Of a stretch of 64,000 bases of DNA, positions 17,852 to 28,652 are shown piece after piece. Positions within the stretch are counted from its first letter, which is position 1, and each line of letters starts with the position of its first letter. Origin of the DNA: an uncultured Candidatus Rokubacteria bacterium (GTDB lineage: Bacteria; Methylomirabilota; Methylomirabilia; Rokubacteriales; DASRDR01); contig CAVPSB010000031.1 of assembly GCA_963708025.1 (NCBI GenBank), positions 256,001 through 320,000 on the forward strand, in the 5' to 3' direction. Under the pieces are notes generated by a model. The model worked only from the letters and a program-made list of their open reading frames with translations. It was not told the origin of the DNA and did not search any database. Both the position numbers and the translations under genes were made by a program.

Positions 17852-18373
17852 ATGGCGATCCTTCCGGTCCGGCTCTATGGAGACCCCCTGCTTCGCCGGC
17901 GCGCCGAGCCGGTTCGGGAGGTCACGCCCGAGATCGACGCGCTGATCGACGACATGATCGAGACGATGTACGACGAGACCGGGATCGGGCTCGCTGCTCC
18001 GCAGGTCGGCTGCGGCCTCCGCCTCCTGGTGGTGGACGAGGGGAAGGGCGTGGCGCGGGCGTACCTGAACCCCGTCGTCGTGGAGCAGAGCGGGCAGGCC
18101 GTCGCCGAGGAAGGCTGCCTCTCCCTGCCCGGGATCTTCGCCGACGTGGCGCGGGCCGAGTCGGTGGTGGTGGAGGCTCGGGACCGGGCGGGCGCCCCCA
18201 TCCGCCGCCCGGCGTCGGGCCTCCTGGCCCGGGTCTTCCAGCACGAGATCGATCACCTGGATGGCGTCCTCTTCATCGATCGCCTGGACCGCGTCACGCG
18301 CGACCGGATCAAGCGCCGGATCAAGCGCCACGGGTTTCCGGAGGACGTCCCCGCGGGCGCCGCGGCCCTCTAG
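17852..18373 (+). CDS. def: Peptide deformylase
   Basis: GIGLAAPQVG, EGCLS, QHEIDHL. Confidence 0.97.
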   Translation: MAILPVRLYGDPLLRRRAEPVREVTPEIDALIDDMIETMYDETGIGLAAPQVGCGLRLLVVDEGKGVARAYLNPVVVEQSGQAVAEEGCLSLPGIFADVARAESVVVEARDRAGAPIRRPASGLLARVFQHEIDHLDGVLFIDRLDRVTRDRIKRRIKRHGFPEDVPAGAAAL

Positions 18374-18403
18374 TCGGGCCGACCCCGGGCGCGCGGCCGC
18401 CTC

Positions 18404-19333
18404 ATGCGCGTCCTCTTCTACGGCACCCCGGCTTTCGCCCTGCCCACGCTCCGCGCCCTGCTCGCCCGGCACACCGTCGTCGCCGTGGTGACCCAGCCCG
18501 ACCGCCCGGCCGGCCGCGGCCAGCGGCTCCAGCCCTCGCCGGTCAAGCAACTCGCCCTCGCCCAGGGACTGCCGCTGCTCCAGCCGCCCCGCCTTCGCGA
18601 TCCGGACTGGGTCGCGCCGCTCCGGGCCTTCGACGCCGAGGTGGCCGTCGTCATCGCCTTCGGCCAGATCCTGCCCCGGGTCGTCCTCGACATTCCCGCT
18701 CGCGGCTCGATCAACGTCCACGCCTCGCTCCTCCCGCGCTACCGGGGCGCCGCCCCGATCGCGTGGGCGATCATCCGGGGCGAGCGCGAGACCGGCATCA
18801 CGACCTTCCAGATGGACGAGGGGATGGACACCGGGCCGATGCTGCTCCGGCGGGCCGTCGCGATCGGCCCCGAGGAGACGGCCGGGGAGCTGGCCGCGCG
18901 CCTGGCCGAGGTGGGCGCGGAGATGCTCCTGGAGACGCTCGACCGGCTGCCGGCCCTCACCCCGGCCCCCCAGGATCACGGGACGGCGACCCTGGCGCCC
19001 CGGCTCCGCAAGGAGGACGGTGCGCTCGACTGGACGCGGCCGGCGGCGGAGCTGGCGGCCCGGGTCCGCGGCGTCAACCCCTGGCCCGGCGCCGTCACCG
19101 CGACGCCCGTCGGGCGGCTCCTGGTGTGGCGGGCGCGGGCCGTGACCGGGCAGGGAGACCCCGGGGTCTTGACGCCGGCCGGCGGACGGCTCTACATCGG
19201 CAGCGGGGAGGGACTCCTGGAGCCGATCGAGGTCCAGCCCGAGAGCCGGCGGGTTCTGTCCTGGGAGACGTTCCTCCGCGGGGCGCGGCTCGAGCCGGGC
19301 GCCGTGTTCGGTGAGCATGTCCCGGCGCGGTGA
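18404..19333 (+). CDS. fmt: Methionyl-tRNA formyltransferase
   Basis: GTPAFA, VTQPDRPAGRG, INVHASLLPRYRGAAPI, MDTGP. Confidence 0.97.
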   Translation: MRVLFYGTPAFALPTLRALLARHTVVAVVTQPDRPAGRGQRLQPSPVKQLALAQGLPLLQPPRLRDPDWVAPLRAFDAEVAVVIAFGQILPRVVLDIPARGSINVHASLLPRYRGAAPIAWAIIRGERETGITTFQMDEGMDTGPMLLRRAVAIGPEETAGELAARLAEVGAEMLLETLDRLPALTPAPQDHGTATLAPRLRKEDGALDWTRPAAELAARVRGVNPWPGAVTATPVGRLLVWRARAVTGQGDPGVLTPAGGRLYIGSGEGLLEPIEVQPESRRVLSWETFLRGARLEPGAVFGEHVPAR

Positions 19334-20706
19334 GCTGGCCGCCGCCCCGGCGCGGGAGCGTCGGGGGTCGGCGCGCGAGGTGGCGCTGGAGATCCTCCGC
19401 CGCGTCGAGCACGACCTCGCCTATCCGGACCCGCTCCTCGATCGCCTCCCGGTGCGGGCGGGCCTCGACGCCCGGGACCGGGGCCTGACGACCGAGCTGG
19501 TCTACGGCACGCTCCGCTGGCAGCGCTGGCTCGACTGGCAGTTGGGGCGCGTCTCGCGTCGCCCGGTCGGCGAGCTGCCCGGCTGGCTCCGCGCGCTGCT
19601 CCGCGCGTCGGCCTACCAGCTCGCCTTCCTGGACCGCATCCCGGCGCGCGCCGTGGTCCACGAGGCGGTGGAGCTGGCCAAGCGACGCCGCCGGCTCGGC
19701 GTTCCCCTGTTCGTCAACGCGGTGCTGCGCGCCCTCGCCGACGGTCCGCGCCCGTGGCCGGAGCCGGCGCCCGCCGACGCGGAGGACCCGGTTGACCGGC
19801 TCGCCCTCCGGACGTCGCAGCCGACCTGGCTCATGCGCCGCTGGGTGGCCCGCTACGGAGAGGCGGAGGCCGAGGCCCTCGCCCGGGCGCTCAACGAGCG
19901 GCCGCCCCTCACGCTCCGGGTCAACACCCTCCAGACCACCCGGGAGGCCCTGGTCGAGGCGCTCCGTCGCCACGGCGCCCGCGTGGCGCCCGGCCGCTGG
20001 GCTCCGGATGGGCTCGCGGTCGAGGAGGCCGGCGACCCCCGGGAGTTGGCGCCGCTCCGGGCCGGCTGGTGCGCGGTGCAGGACGAGGCGGCGATCCTGG
20101 TGGGACACGCGCTCGATCCGCAGCCGGGCGAGACCGTCGTTGAACGTCGGGGCCGCGCCGGGGACGAAGACCACGCACCTCGCCCAGCTCATGGAGAACC
20201 GTGGCCGCATTCTGGCCGTCGATCGCCAGCCGGCGCGGCTCGCCCGACTCCGGGCGGCGTGCCTGCAGATGGGGGCGCGCATCGTGGAGACCCACGAGAG
20301 TGGGGTGGAGGCGATCGCGCCGACGGTCGGCGCGGTCGCCGACCGTGTCCTCGTCGACGCGCCGTGCTCGAACCTCGGCGTCCTGCGCCGGAACCCCGAC
20401 GGCAAGTGGCGTCGCCAGGCGGCCGACCTGCCCGCGCTCGCCCAGGCTCAGGGCGCGATGCTCGACGCGGCGGCGAGTCTCGTGCGGCCGGGTGGGGTCC
20501 TCGTCTACGCCACCTGCTCGCTGGAGCCCGAGGAGAACGAGGAGGTCGTGGCCGCGCTCCGCGCGCGGCGGCCCGAGTTCGCGCCCGATCCCATGCCCGG
20601 GGCGATTCCGGCCCCGTGTCTGGACGCCCCCGACCGGCTGCGCACGTTCCCCCATCGCCACGGCACCGATGGCTTCACGGCCCACCGCCTGAGGAGACGC
20701 CCATGA
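19317..20706 (+). CDS. rsmB: 16S rRNA m5C967 methyltransferase, frameshifted near 20139 (possible sequencing error)
   Basis: NusB-like N-domain and VQDE in one frame; AAPGTKT, VDAPCS, VYATCSL, DGF in the next. Confidence 0.9.
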
Positions 20707-21350
20707 TCAAGATCGCCCCCTCGATCCTCTCCGCTGACTACGCCATCCTCGCCGACGAGATCGCACGCGTCGAGGCGGGCGGCGCTGACGTCCTCCACGT
20801 CAACGTGATGGACGGCCACTTCGTCCCCAACATCACGATCGGCCTCCCGGTGGTCGAGGCCATCCGCAAGCGCACGCGGCTGCCGCTCGACCTCCACCTG
20901 ATGATCTCCAACCCGGACCCGTTCCTGGAGCGCTTCGTCAAGGCGGGCGGGGACTGGCTCACCGTGCACGTCGAGGCGTGCCCGCACCTCCACCGGACGC
21001 TCGGCCGGATCCGGGAGCTGGGCGCCCGGGCCGGCGTGGCGCTCAACCCCGCCACGCCGCCCGGGGTCCTCGACTATGCGATGGACAGCGCCGACCTCGT
21101 GCTCGTCATGTCGGTGAACCCGGGCTTCGGGGGGCAGAAGTTCATCCCGACCACCTACCCGAAGGTCCGCGACGTCCGGCAGCGGATCGGGGCCCGCGCG
21201 CTGGACGTGTCCATCGACGGCGGGGTGAAGTTCGAGCACGTGAAGCCGCTGGCCGACCACGGCGCCAGCGTCCTGGTCGCCGGCTCGGCCATCTTCGAGG
21301 CCAAGGACCCCGGCGCCGAGGTGCGCCGGATGCGGGAGGCCGCCGGCTAG
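20703..21350 (+). CDS. rpe: Ribulose-phosphate 3-epimerase
   Basis: IAPSILSAD, VMDGHFVPN, DLHLM, MSVNPGFGGQ, IDGG, VAGSAIF; ATGA overlap with rsmB. Confidence 0.95.
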   Translation: MIKIAPSILSADYAILADEIARVEAGGADVLHVNVMDGHFVPNITIGLPVVEAIRKRTRLPLDLHLMISNPDPFLERFVKAGGDWLTVHVEACPHLHRTLGRIRELGARAGVALNPATPPGVLDYAMDSADLVLVMSVNPGFGGQKFIPTTYPKVRDVRQRIGARALDVSIDGGVKFEHVKPLADHGASVLVAGSAIFEAKDPGAEVRRMREAAG

Positions 21351-21359
21351 GTCGGCGGG

Positions 21360-21470
21360 GAGGATGTCGCGCCCGAACTCGTCCGTGCCGAAGAGGTGGA
21401 GCCGGGCCGGCCGGTGCAGCCGCTCCGGGGGTTCGATCTCCAGGGGGTCGTACGGCGCCAGCCACGGGGC
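21360..21470 (-). pseudogene. 37-codon fragment of a DppC/OppC peptide ABC permease
   Basis: APWLAPYDP...HLFGTDEFGRDIL. Confidence 0.78.
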
Positions 21471-22457
21471 AACGTGGCGCCGCTCGTCGGTCACGTGACG
21501 CTCCGGGCCACGGTCATGGGATACGCCCAGCGGCCGCCGACCGCCGAGGAGCTGGAGCGGATGCGGGGGCTGGCCCGGGAGGCGATGCGCGACGGCTGCT
21601 TCGGGCTCTCGACGGGGCTCGTCTATCCGCCCGGCGCCTACGCCGATACGGAAGAGCTCGTCGAGCTGGTCCGGGTCGTGGCCGAGGCCGGCGGCTTCTA
21701 CGCGAGCCACATCCGCGGTGAGGGGTACTCGCTCTTGCGCGCGGTGGCGGAGGCCCTCGAGATCGGCGAGCGCGCGGGGTTGCCGGTCCAGATCTCGCAC
21801 CACAAGGCGTCCTTCCGGCCCTACTGGGGGCGTCTCCGCCACGCGCTCCGGCTCTCGGAGTGGGCGCGAGAGCGCGGCCAGGACGTCGCGTTCGACGTCT
21901 ATCCCTACACGGCCGGCAGCGCGCCGCTGACCCAGATCGTCCCCGACTGGGCCCACGAGGGCGGGCTCCCCGTGCTGGTGGCCCGCCTGCGGGCCGCCGA
22001 GACGCGGGCGCGCCTCACCCGGGAGATCGCCGAGCAGGGCCGCGAGTGGGACCAGACGCTCGTCGCGTGGCTGCCGGACGGACCGGGCAAGGCCGACGAG
22101 GGGCGCTCGCTCGCGGAGGCCGCGGAGCGCCGGGGAACCGACCCCATCGCCGCGCTTTTCGCCCTCCTCGATGAGTCCGAGGGCCGGGCCATCATGGTCC
22201 ACTTCGTGATGGCCGAGGAGGACGTCCGGACCGCGCTCCGCCACCCCTTCGCCACGTTCGGGTCCGACGGCTGGGTGCTGACCCCCGCCGGCCCGCTCTC
22301 AGAGGGGAAGCCGCATCCGCGCTGCTACGGGACGTACCCGCGCATCCTCGGGCACTACGTGCGCGAGCTGAAGGTCCTCGGGCTGGAAGAGGCCGTGCAC
22401 AAGGCCGCCTACCGCCCGGCCGAGCGGCTCGGGCTCCGGGGCAAGGGACGCGTCCGG
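21471..22457 (+). pseudogene. Internal fragment of N-acyl-D-amino-acid deacylase (both ends missing)
   Basis: NVAPLVGH..LR, GLSTGLVYPPG, YASHIRGE, DVYPYTAGS, GSDG, HPRCYGTYPR; no N-terminal HxH region; similarity ends after GLRGKGRV. Confidence 0.85.
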
Positions 22458-22543
22458 AAGCGTCCCCCGTCTGCTACTCGACGTCTCTTCTGGCTTGGGG
22501 CACACGTCCTGCACCGCTCCGGCCATTTGCTCCGGCCATTTGC

Positions 22544-22572
22544 TTGACGAGCGGGGAAATCTCTTATAATCT
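22544..22572 (+). promoter_or_regulatory. Sigma70-type promoter of the ffh operon (TTGACG-N17-TAATCT, overlapping TATAAT)
   Basis: AT-rich patch about 50 bp upstream of ffh. Confidence 0.65.
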
Positions 22573-22619
22573 AAGGTGCTTTCAGCGCTTCCAGCACACC
22601 GAAGCCCTGAGGTTTACCG

Positions 22620-23969
22620 ATGTTCGAAGCCCTGACGCAGCGCCTCGAAGGCATCTTCGACCGCCTCCGTGGAGCCGGCCGCCTGACCGAGGAGAACATT
22701 CAGGAGGCCCTCCGCGAAGTGCGCGTCGCCCTGCTCGAGGCCGACGTCAACTTCAAGGTCGTCAAGTCGTTCGTCGAACGGGTGCGCGAGCGAGCGGTCG
22801 GCCAGGACGTGCTGCGGAGCCTCACGCCCGGCCAGCAGGTGGTCAAGGTCGTGCACGCCGAGCTGGTGAGCCTGCTGGGCGAGTCGGCCACTCGCCTGAG
22901 CATGGCCCCGCGCCCGCCCACGGTCATCATGCTGATCGGGCTCCAGGGCTCCGGGAAGACGACGAGCGTCGCGAAGCTCGGCCGTCACTTCCAGCGCGAG
23001 GGCTTCCGGCCGCTGCTGGTCGCCGCCGACATCTACCGGCCGGCGGCGATCGACCAGCTCAAGATCCTCGGCGCGGAGCTCGGCATCCCGGTCCACGGGG
23101 CCGAGGGCCGCCGGCCGGTCGAGCTGGCCCGGGAAGCGGTGGAGCAGGCGGCCGCGCAAGGGCTCAACCCGGTCATCCTCGACACCGCCGGGCGGCTCCA
23201 CATCGACGAGGCGATGGTCGAGGAGCTGAAGCTCCTCCGCCGCGAGGTCACGCCGCATCACGTCCTGCTGGTGGTGGACGCCATGACCGGACAGGACGCC
23301 GTCACGATGGCCGAGCGCTTCAACGCGCAGGTGGGCTACGACGGCGTGATCCTGACGAAGCTGGACGGCGACGCCCGGGGCGGGGCGGCGCTCTCGATCC
23401 GGGCCGTGACCGGGCGGCCGATCGTCTTCTGCGGCGTCGGCGAGCGGACGGATGCCCTCGATCCCTTCCACCCCGACCGCATGGCCTCCCGGATCCTCGG
23501 CATGGGCGATGTCCTGTCGCTCGTCGAGAAGGCGCAGGCGACCGTGGACGCCCGGCAGGCCGAGGAGCTGGCCAGGAAGCTCCGCGAGGACAGCTTCACG
23601 CTGGAGGACTTCGCCGAGCAGCTCCGCCAGCTCCGGAAGATGGGGCCGCTGGATCAGATCATGGACATGGTGCCGTTCTTCAAGGGCGCCAAGCTCGGAG
23701 CGGACGAGCTGGACGGGGAGAGCCGGCAGCTCCGGCGCTTCGAGGCGATCATCGGCTCGATGACGCCGGAGGAGCGGCGGTCGCCGGCGATCATCAACGG
23801 GGACCGTCGCCAGCGGATCGCGCGAGGCAGCGGCACCTCGGTGTCGGACGTGAACCGGCTGCTCAAGCAGCACGCGCAGCTGCGGAAGATGATGAAGGGA
23901 CTCAAGGGCATGCAGGGGCGAGCAGGGATGAAGCAGCTTCGCCGGGCCATGCCGTTCCTCGAACCATAG
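22620..23969 (+). CDS. ffh: Signal recognition particle protein
   Basis: [43 protein letters not shown] domain. Confidence 0.98.
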   Translation: MFEALTQRLEGIFDRLRGAGRLTEENIQEALREVRVALLEADVNFKVVKSFVERVRERAVGQDVLRSLTPGQQVVKVVHAELVSLLGESATRLSMAPRPPTVIMLIGLQGSGKTTSVAKLGRHFQREGFRPLLVAADIYRPAAIDQLKILGAELGIPVHGAEGRRPVELAREAVEQAAAQGLNPVILDTAGRLHIDEAMVEELKLLRREVTPHHVLLVVDAMTGQDAVTMAERFNAQVGYDGVILTKLDGDARGGAALSIRAVTGRPIVFCGVGERTDALDPFHPDRMASRILGMGDVLSLVEKAQATVDARQAEELARKLREDSFTLEDFAEQLRQLRKMGPLDQIMDMVPFFKGAKLGADELDGESRQLRRFEAIIGSMTPEERRSPAIINGDRRQRIARGSGTSVSDVNRLLKQHAQLRKMMKGLKGMQGRAGMKQLRRAMPFLEP

Positions 23970-23985
23970 ACGGAGGAGACAGAAG

Positions 23986-24234
23986 ATGGCGGCTCGAATT
24001 CGGCTGCGGCGGACGGGCACGACCCGGCGCCCCACCTATCGGGTGGTGGTGGCGGACCAGCGGAGCCCCCGCGACGGGCGCTTCGTGGAGCACCTCGGGT
24101 ACTACAATCCCCTGACCAAGCCCCCCCAGCTCAAGATCGACACCGAGAAGGCGGCCGCCTGGCTGAAGAAGGGCGCCCTGCCGTCCAACACCGTCCGCCA
24201 CCTGCTGGCGCGGGCGGGGCTGCGCGTCGGCTGA
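23986..24234 (+). CDS. rpsP: 30S ribosomal protein S16
   Basis: IRLRR.G....[24 protein letters not shown]. Confidence 0.97.
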   Translation: MAARIRLRRTGTTRRPTYRVVVADQRSPRDGRFVEHLGYYNPLTKPPQLKIDTEKAAAWLKKGALPSNTVRHLLARAGLRVG

Positions 24235-24257
24235 GACCCCGGGGAGGACGCCCGACC

Positions 24258-24773
24258 ATGGAGCTGATCGCGGTCGGCCGTATCCTCCGCCCCCAGGGAC
24301 GGCGAGGAGAGGTCCGGGTGCAGCTCTTGACCGACGAGCCCGGCCGCCTGGCCGAGCTGACCGACTGCTATCTGGTCCCGCCCGAGGCCGGGGAGCCGGT
24401 CCGGATCGAGACCGTCTGGTTCCAGGGGCCGGTGCCGGTGGTCAAGCTGGCCGGGACCGACTCCATCGGAGCGGCCGAGGCGCTGGCCGGCCGCCTGCTG
24501 TCGATCCCCCGGGCAGCGGCGCGACCGCTCGCCGTTGATCGCTTCTATGCCTTCGACCTGCTGGGCTGCGCGGTGCGAACCCCGGACGGCCGGGCCCTGG
24601 GCGTGATCGCCGAGGTGAACCCCGGGCCGGCGCACGACTTCTGGGTGGTGCGGGCGGGGGAGCGGGAGTGGCTCCTTCCGGCCGTGACCGCGATGGTGGA
24701 GCGGGTGGATCTCGGGAGCCGGGTCGTGGTCGTGACGCCCCCCGACGGGCTGGTGGAGCTGGACGGGGCCTGA
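24258..24773 (+). CDS. rimM: Ribosome maturation factor RimM
   Basis: VGRI..PQG.RGEV, FY..DLLG, PRC barrel; synteny. Confidence 0.93.
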   Translation: MELIAVGRILRPQGRRGEVRVQLLTDEPGRLAELTDCYLVPPEAGEPVRIETVWFQGPVPVVKLAGTDSIGAAEALAGRLLSIPRAAARPLAVDRFYAFDLLGCAVRTPDGRALGVIAEVNPGPAHDFWVVRAGEREWLLPAVTAMVERVDLGSRVVVVTPPDGLVELDGA

Positions 24774-25519
24774 TGCGCATCGACGTCGTCACCCTCTTCC
24801 CCCAGATGTTCCCCGGTCCGCTGGCCGAGTCGATGCTGCGCGTCGCCCGGGACAAGGGCGCGGCCGAGATCCGGGTCGTCGACCTCCGGGAATACACCGA
24901 GGGCCGGCATCGGGTCGCCGACGACTATCCCTTCGGCGGCGGTGGCGGGATGATCCTGAAGCCGGAGCCGCTGTTCCGGGCGGTCGAGGCGCTCCGGGGC
25001 CCCGAGACCCGGGTCGTCCTGCTGTGCCCGCAGGGCCCGACCTTCGGCCAGGCGACGGCCATCCGGCTGGCCACCGTCCCGCATCTCGTCCTCCTGTGCG
25101 GGCACTACGAGGGCGTCGACGAGCGGGTCCGGAGGCATCTGGCGGACGAGGAGCTGTCGATCGGCGACTACGTGCTGACCGGGGGCGAGCTGCCGGCGCT
25201 GGTCGTGATGGACGCGGTGGTCCGGCTCCTGCCGGGCGTCCTCGGTGACCCCGACGGCCCCGCCCGGGAGTCGTTCGCCGAAGGCCGGCTCGACTATCCG
25301 CAGTACACCCGCCCCGCCGAGTTTCGCGGCCACGGCGTGCCTGAGGTGCTCCTGTCGGGGGACCACGAGCGGATCGCCGCCTGGCGGCGCCGGGAGGCGC
25401 TCCGCCGAACGGTCGAGCGCCGGCCCGATCTCCTGGCGGGCGTGCCGCCCACGGATGAAGAGAAGCGCTGGCTGGCCGAGCTGCGGGAAAGCGCGCGCGG
25501 CTCGGGCCACGGGAACTAA
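24773..25519 (+). CDS. trmD: tRNA (guanine-N1)-methyltransferase
   Basis: [42 protein letters not shown] at 24773. Confidence 0.97.
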   Translation: MRIDVVTLFPQMFPGPLAESMLRVARDKGAAEIRVVDLREYTEGRHRVADDYPFGGGGGMILKPEPLFRAVEALRGPETRVVLLCPQGPTFGQATAIRLATVPHLVLLCGHYEGVDERVRRHLADEELSIGDYVLTGGELPALVVMDAVVRLLPGVLGDPDGPARESFAEGRLDYPQYTRPAEFRGHGVPEVLLSGDHERIAAWRRREALRRTVERRPDLLAGVPPTDEEKRWLAELRESARGSGHGN

Positions 25520-25537
25520 CTCAGAGCGTATGTGACG

Positions 25538-25614
25538 ATTGGTTCCTCCGGCCCCCCCTCCCCCCAGTGGGTGGGGGAGGGGGTTGGGGGGTGGGCGGGA
25601 GGTCCCGAACGGAG
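25538..25614 (+). repeat. Dispersed G-rich REP-like element (full copy)
   Basis: CCCCCTCCCCC...GGGGGAGGGGG hairpin plus GGGGTGGGCGGGAGGTCCCGAAC tail; homologous to 35889-35969 and 9526-9570. Confidence 0.85.
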
Positions 25615-25626
25615 AGGAGCGACGTC

Positions 25627-25986
25627 ATGGATGCGATCTCGGTCGTCGAGGCGAGCACGCTCAAGCGGGACCGGGGCGAGTTCGCGCCCGGGGACACCGT
25701 CCGCGTGCACGTCAAGGTCGTCGAAGGTGAGAAGGAGCGCGTGCAGATCTTCGAAGGCGTCGTCATCCGCAAGCGCGGGGAAGGCGCCCGGGCCAGCTTC
25801 ACGGTCCGGCGCGTGTCCTACGGCGTGGGCGTCGAGCGGACCTTCCCGCTCCACTCGCCGCGGGTCGATCGGGTCCAGGTGATGAAGTCGAGCCACGTGC
25901 GGCGCTCCAAGCTCTACTACCTGCGCGAGCGCACCGGCAAGGCGGCGCGCCTGAAGGAGAAGCGGACCACCGCCGCCCCCGCCTGA
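25627..25986 (+). CDS. rplS: 50S ribosomal protein L19
   Basis: [43 protein letters not shown]. Confidence 0.98.
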   Translation: MDAISVVEASTLKRDRGEFAPGDTVRVHVKVVEGEKERVQIFEGVVIRKRGEGARASFTVRRVSYGVGVERTFPLHSPRVDRVQVMKSSHVRRSKLYYLRERTGKAARLKEKRTTAAPA

Positions 25987-25998
25987 GCCGGGCGTCCC

Positions 25999-26694
25999 GT
26001 GGGACGCAAGGCCGCGAGGCCCGTCCAGCCGGCGCTGTTCGACCTGGCCGAGGGCCTGTACGCCCAGGAGCAGGAGTTCTGGGCGCGCCGGCGCCACGTG
26101 GCCGGCGTGGACGAGGCGGGGCGCGGCCCGCTCGCGGGGCCGGTCGTCGCGGCGGCCGTGATCCTGGATCCCCGCCGGCCTCCCATCGACGGGCTGCGGG
26201 ATTCCAAGCTCCTCACCGCGCGGCAGCGGCGGCGGTTGGCCCGCGTGATCCGTGGCCAGGCCCTGGCGTGGGCCGTCTGCCGCGCCGGTCCGGGCCGCAT
26301 CGACGCGGACAACATCCTCCAGGCGACCTGGCACGCGATGCGCCGGGCGCTGTCGCGCCTGACGGTCGCGCCGGCCGCGGTGCTCGTCGATGGCCGGCTT
26401 CGCGTGCCTCGGCTCGACTGCCCGCAGCGCGCCATCGTCAAGGGCGACCGCCGCTGTGCGTCGATCGCGGCCGCCTCGATCCTGGCCAAGGTCGCCCGGG
26501 ACATCATCATGATCCGCGCGGACGGGCGCTATCCGGGTTACGGCTTCCGCCTCCACAAGGGGTACGCCACGGCGGCGCACCTCGAGGCGCTCGGCCGGCT
26601 GGGACCCTCGCCGATCCATCGCCGGAGCTTCCACGGCGTGGTCCGGGTGCTGGACCTCGGCCCGTCGATCCTTCCGCTGATTCCGCCGGAATAA
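25999..26694 (+). CDS. rnhB: Ribonuclease HII
   Basis: [39 protein letters not shown]. Confidence 0.97.
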   Translation: MGRKAARPVQPALFDLAEGLYAQEQEFWARRRHVAGVDEAGRGPLAGPVVAAAVILDPRRPPIDGLRDSKLLTARQRRRLARVIRGQALAWAVCRAGPGRIDADNILQATWHAMRRALSRLTVAPAAVLVDGRLRVPRLDCPQRAIVKGDRRCASIAAASILAKVARDIIMIRADGRYPGYGFRLHKGYATAAHLEALGRLGPSPIHRRSFHGVVRVLDLGPSILPLIPPE

Positions 26695-26713
26695 GCACCG
26701 CCGCCCGGGTCGG

Positions 26714-28084
26714 GTGATGGGGTATCGGGTCGTCCGCCGTCTGGCCCGGTGGCTCCTGAGTCTCTTCTACGGGCGCGTCGAGGTGGTCGGCGCCGAGCGC
26801 ATCCCGCCATCCGGCCCCCTGATCCTGGTGGCCAATCACCAGAACGCCCTCGTGGACCCCATGCTCCTCATCGCCGCGGTGCCGCGGCGGCTCCGGCCCG
26901 TCGCCAAGGCGCCGCTGTTCCGCTACCCGGTCCTCGGCCCGCTCGTCCGCCTGGCCGGGGCGATTCCCGTGCACCGGCGGCACGATCCCGGGAGCGACCC
27001 CGCGCAGAACGCCGCGATGTTCGCGGCCGCCACCGCGACGCTGGCCGCCGGAGGCGCCGTCCTGATCTTCCCCGAGGGCGTGAGCCAGGCCGAGCCGCGG
27101 CTGATGCCGCTCCGGACCGGGGCGGCGCGCATGGCGCTCGCGGCGGCGGCGGCCGGCGTGACGCCGACCCTGCTTCCCGTGGGGCTCGTCTATCACGAGC
27201 CCGGCACGTTCCGCACCGGGCGCGCGATCGTCCTGGTCGGCGAGCCGGTGCCGCTCGTCGACGGCGCCGCCCTCCACGCGACGGCACCCGAGGCCGCCGT
27301 CCGCCAGCTCACGGATCGGCTGGAGACGGCGCTCCGCCGGCTCATCGTCGAGGCGCGCGATCGGCACGTGCTGGGGCTGGCGCGGGCGGCCGAAGCCATC
27401 TGGCGGGCAGAGGCGGGTGAGCCGGCCGCCGCCGGCGCGGGGGAGGCGCCCATCCCGACCGCGTGGCTCCAGCGGGCGCTCCGGGCCTATCGGTACCTGC
27501 TGGCCCGGGATCCCGATCGGATCCAGGCGCTGGTGCACGCGCTGGAGCGATACGCGCGGGACCTCGCGGGCGCGGGGGTCACCGACGCGCAGCTTTCCCG
27601 GAGTTACGCGCCGTCGGTCGTCCGGCGCTACGCGCTCCGCGAGGGCCTGCCCCTGCTCCTGGGGGTCCCGCTCGCCGCCCTGGGTCTCGTCGTTCACCTG
27701 CTGCCCTACCAGCTCACCCGGCTGGTCGTCCGGATCTTCCGGCCCGACCTCGACGCTGAGGCCACTTACAAGATTCTCGCGGGGGTGGTCCTTTATCCGC
27801 TCGGCTGGGCAGCGGAGGGCTGGCTGGTCTGGCGCCTGGGCGGCAGCCCGGCCCTCGTCCTCTTCGTCCTCCTGCTCGCCCCCACGGGCTTCTTCGCGCT
27901 CACGTGGTGGGAGCGCCTCGCGCGTGTCCGCCGCGAGGCGCGCGGCTTCCTGCACTTCGTGGTGCGCCGGGATCTCCACACCCGTCTGGGCGAGCGGCGA
28001 CGCGCCCTCGTCCGGGAGCTGGAGGCGCTGGCGGAGCAGGTACCCGAGACCGTGCTGGCCGCGGATCGCCAGGAGGCGGGGTAG
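26714..28084 (+). CDS. Lysophospholipid/glycerol acyltransferase family protein with C-terminal TM segments
   Basis: NHQNALVD (HX4D), IFPEG, LRTGAAR. Confidence 0.9.
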   Translation: MMGYRVVRRLARWLLSLFYGRVEVVGAERIPPSGPLILVANHQNALVDPMLLIAAVPRRLRPVAKAPLFRYPVLGPLVRLAGAIPVHRRHDPGSDPAQNAAMFAAATATLAAGGAVLIFPEGVSQAEPRLMPLRTGAARMALAAAAAGVTPTLLPVGLVYHEPGTFRTGRAIVLVGEPVPLVDGAALHATAPEAAVRQLTDRLETALRRLIVEARDRHVLGLARAAEAIWRAEAGEPAAAGAGEAPIPTAWLQRALRAYRYLLARDPDRIQALVHALERYARDLAGAGVTDAQLSRSYAPSVVRRYALREGLPLLLGVPLAALGLVVHLLPYQLTRLVVRIFRPDLDAEATYKILAGVVLYPLGWAAEGWLVWRLGGSPALVLFVLLLAPTGFFALTWWERLARVRREARGFLHFVVRRDLHTRLGERRRALVRELEALAEQVPETVLAADRQEAG

Positions 28085-28208
28085 CCGACCGGCACCGGCC
28101 ACGATCCGATACACCCCGTCGGCGGATCGGCTCGGCGATCGGCGCGCGCCCCGCTGACGGACTCCCGGAATCCGGCGCCGGCGTACGCGGTGCCGATGCC
28201 CGGCGCCC

Positions 28209-28224
28209 TGGCGCACCCCTTGCA
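28209..28224 (+). promoter_or_regulatory. Sigma54 promoter of yraN-comM (TGGCGC-ACCCC-TTGCA)
   Basis: GG-N10-GC with near-consensus flanks, 14 bp before ATG 28238. Confidence 0.7.
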
Positions 28225-28237
28225 CCGCGGGTTCGCC

Positions 28238-28645
28238 ATGCCGACGAAGAAGGCGTTCCGGGGCTCGACTCCCCCGCTCGGTCAGCTCGGCGAGCAGATC
28301 GCGGCCCGCTATCTCGAGGCGCGCGGCTTCGAGATCCTGGCCCGCAACCTGCGGTCGCGCCTCGGGGAGATCGACCTCATCGCCCGGGATGGGCCGACGC
28401 TCGTCTTCGTCGAGGTGAAGACCCGGCGGGGCCGGCCGGCCGATCCGCCGCAGGCGGGCGTGGACGCGCGCAAGCGAACTCGGCTGGCCCGCCTCGCGCT
28501 CGACTACCTCGCGCGCGAGTGGCTGCGCGATCTGGCGTGCCGGTTCGACGTCGTCGCGGTGACCCTGGATCCCGACGATACGGGGGGTCCGCCCCGGGTC
28601 GAGCACTTCCCCGGTGCCTTCACCGCCGACGGCTGGAGCGGGTGA
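28238..28645 (+). CDS. yraN: YraN family PD-(D/E)xK nuclease (UPF0102)
   Basis: G..GE..AARYL, GEIDLIA, FVEVKTR, RFDVVAV. Confidence 0.95.
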   Translation: MPTKKAFRGSTPPLGQLGEQIAARYLEARGFEILARNLRSRLGEIDLIARDGPTLVFVEVKTRRGRPADPPQAGVDARKRTRLARLALDYLAREWLRDLACRFDVVAVTLDPDDTGGPPRVEHFPGAFTADGWSG

Positions 28646-28652
28646 GCCCGCG

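Noticed and set aside
19311-21350. RsmB-Rpe fusion (679 aa)
   Set aside because: Artefact of the rsmB frameshift; rpe has its own ATG at 20703
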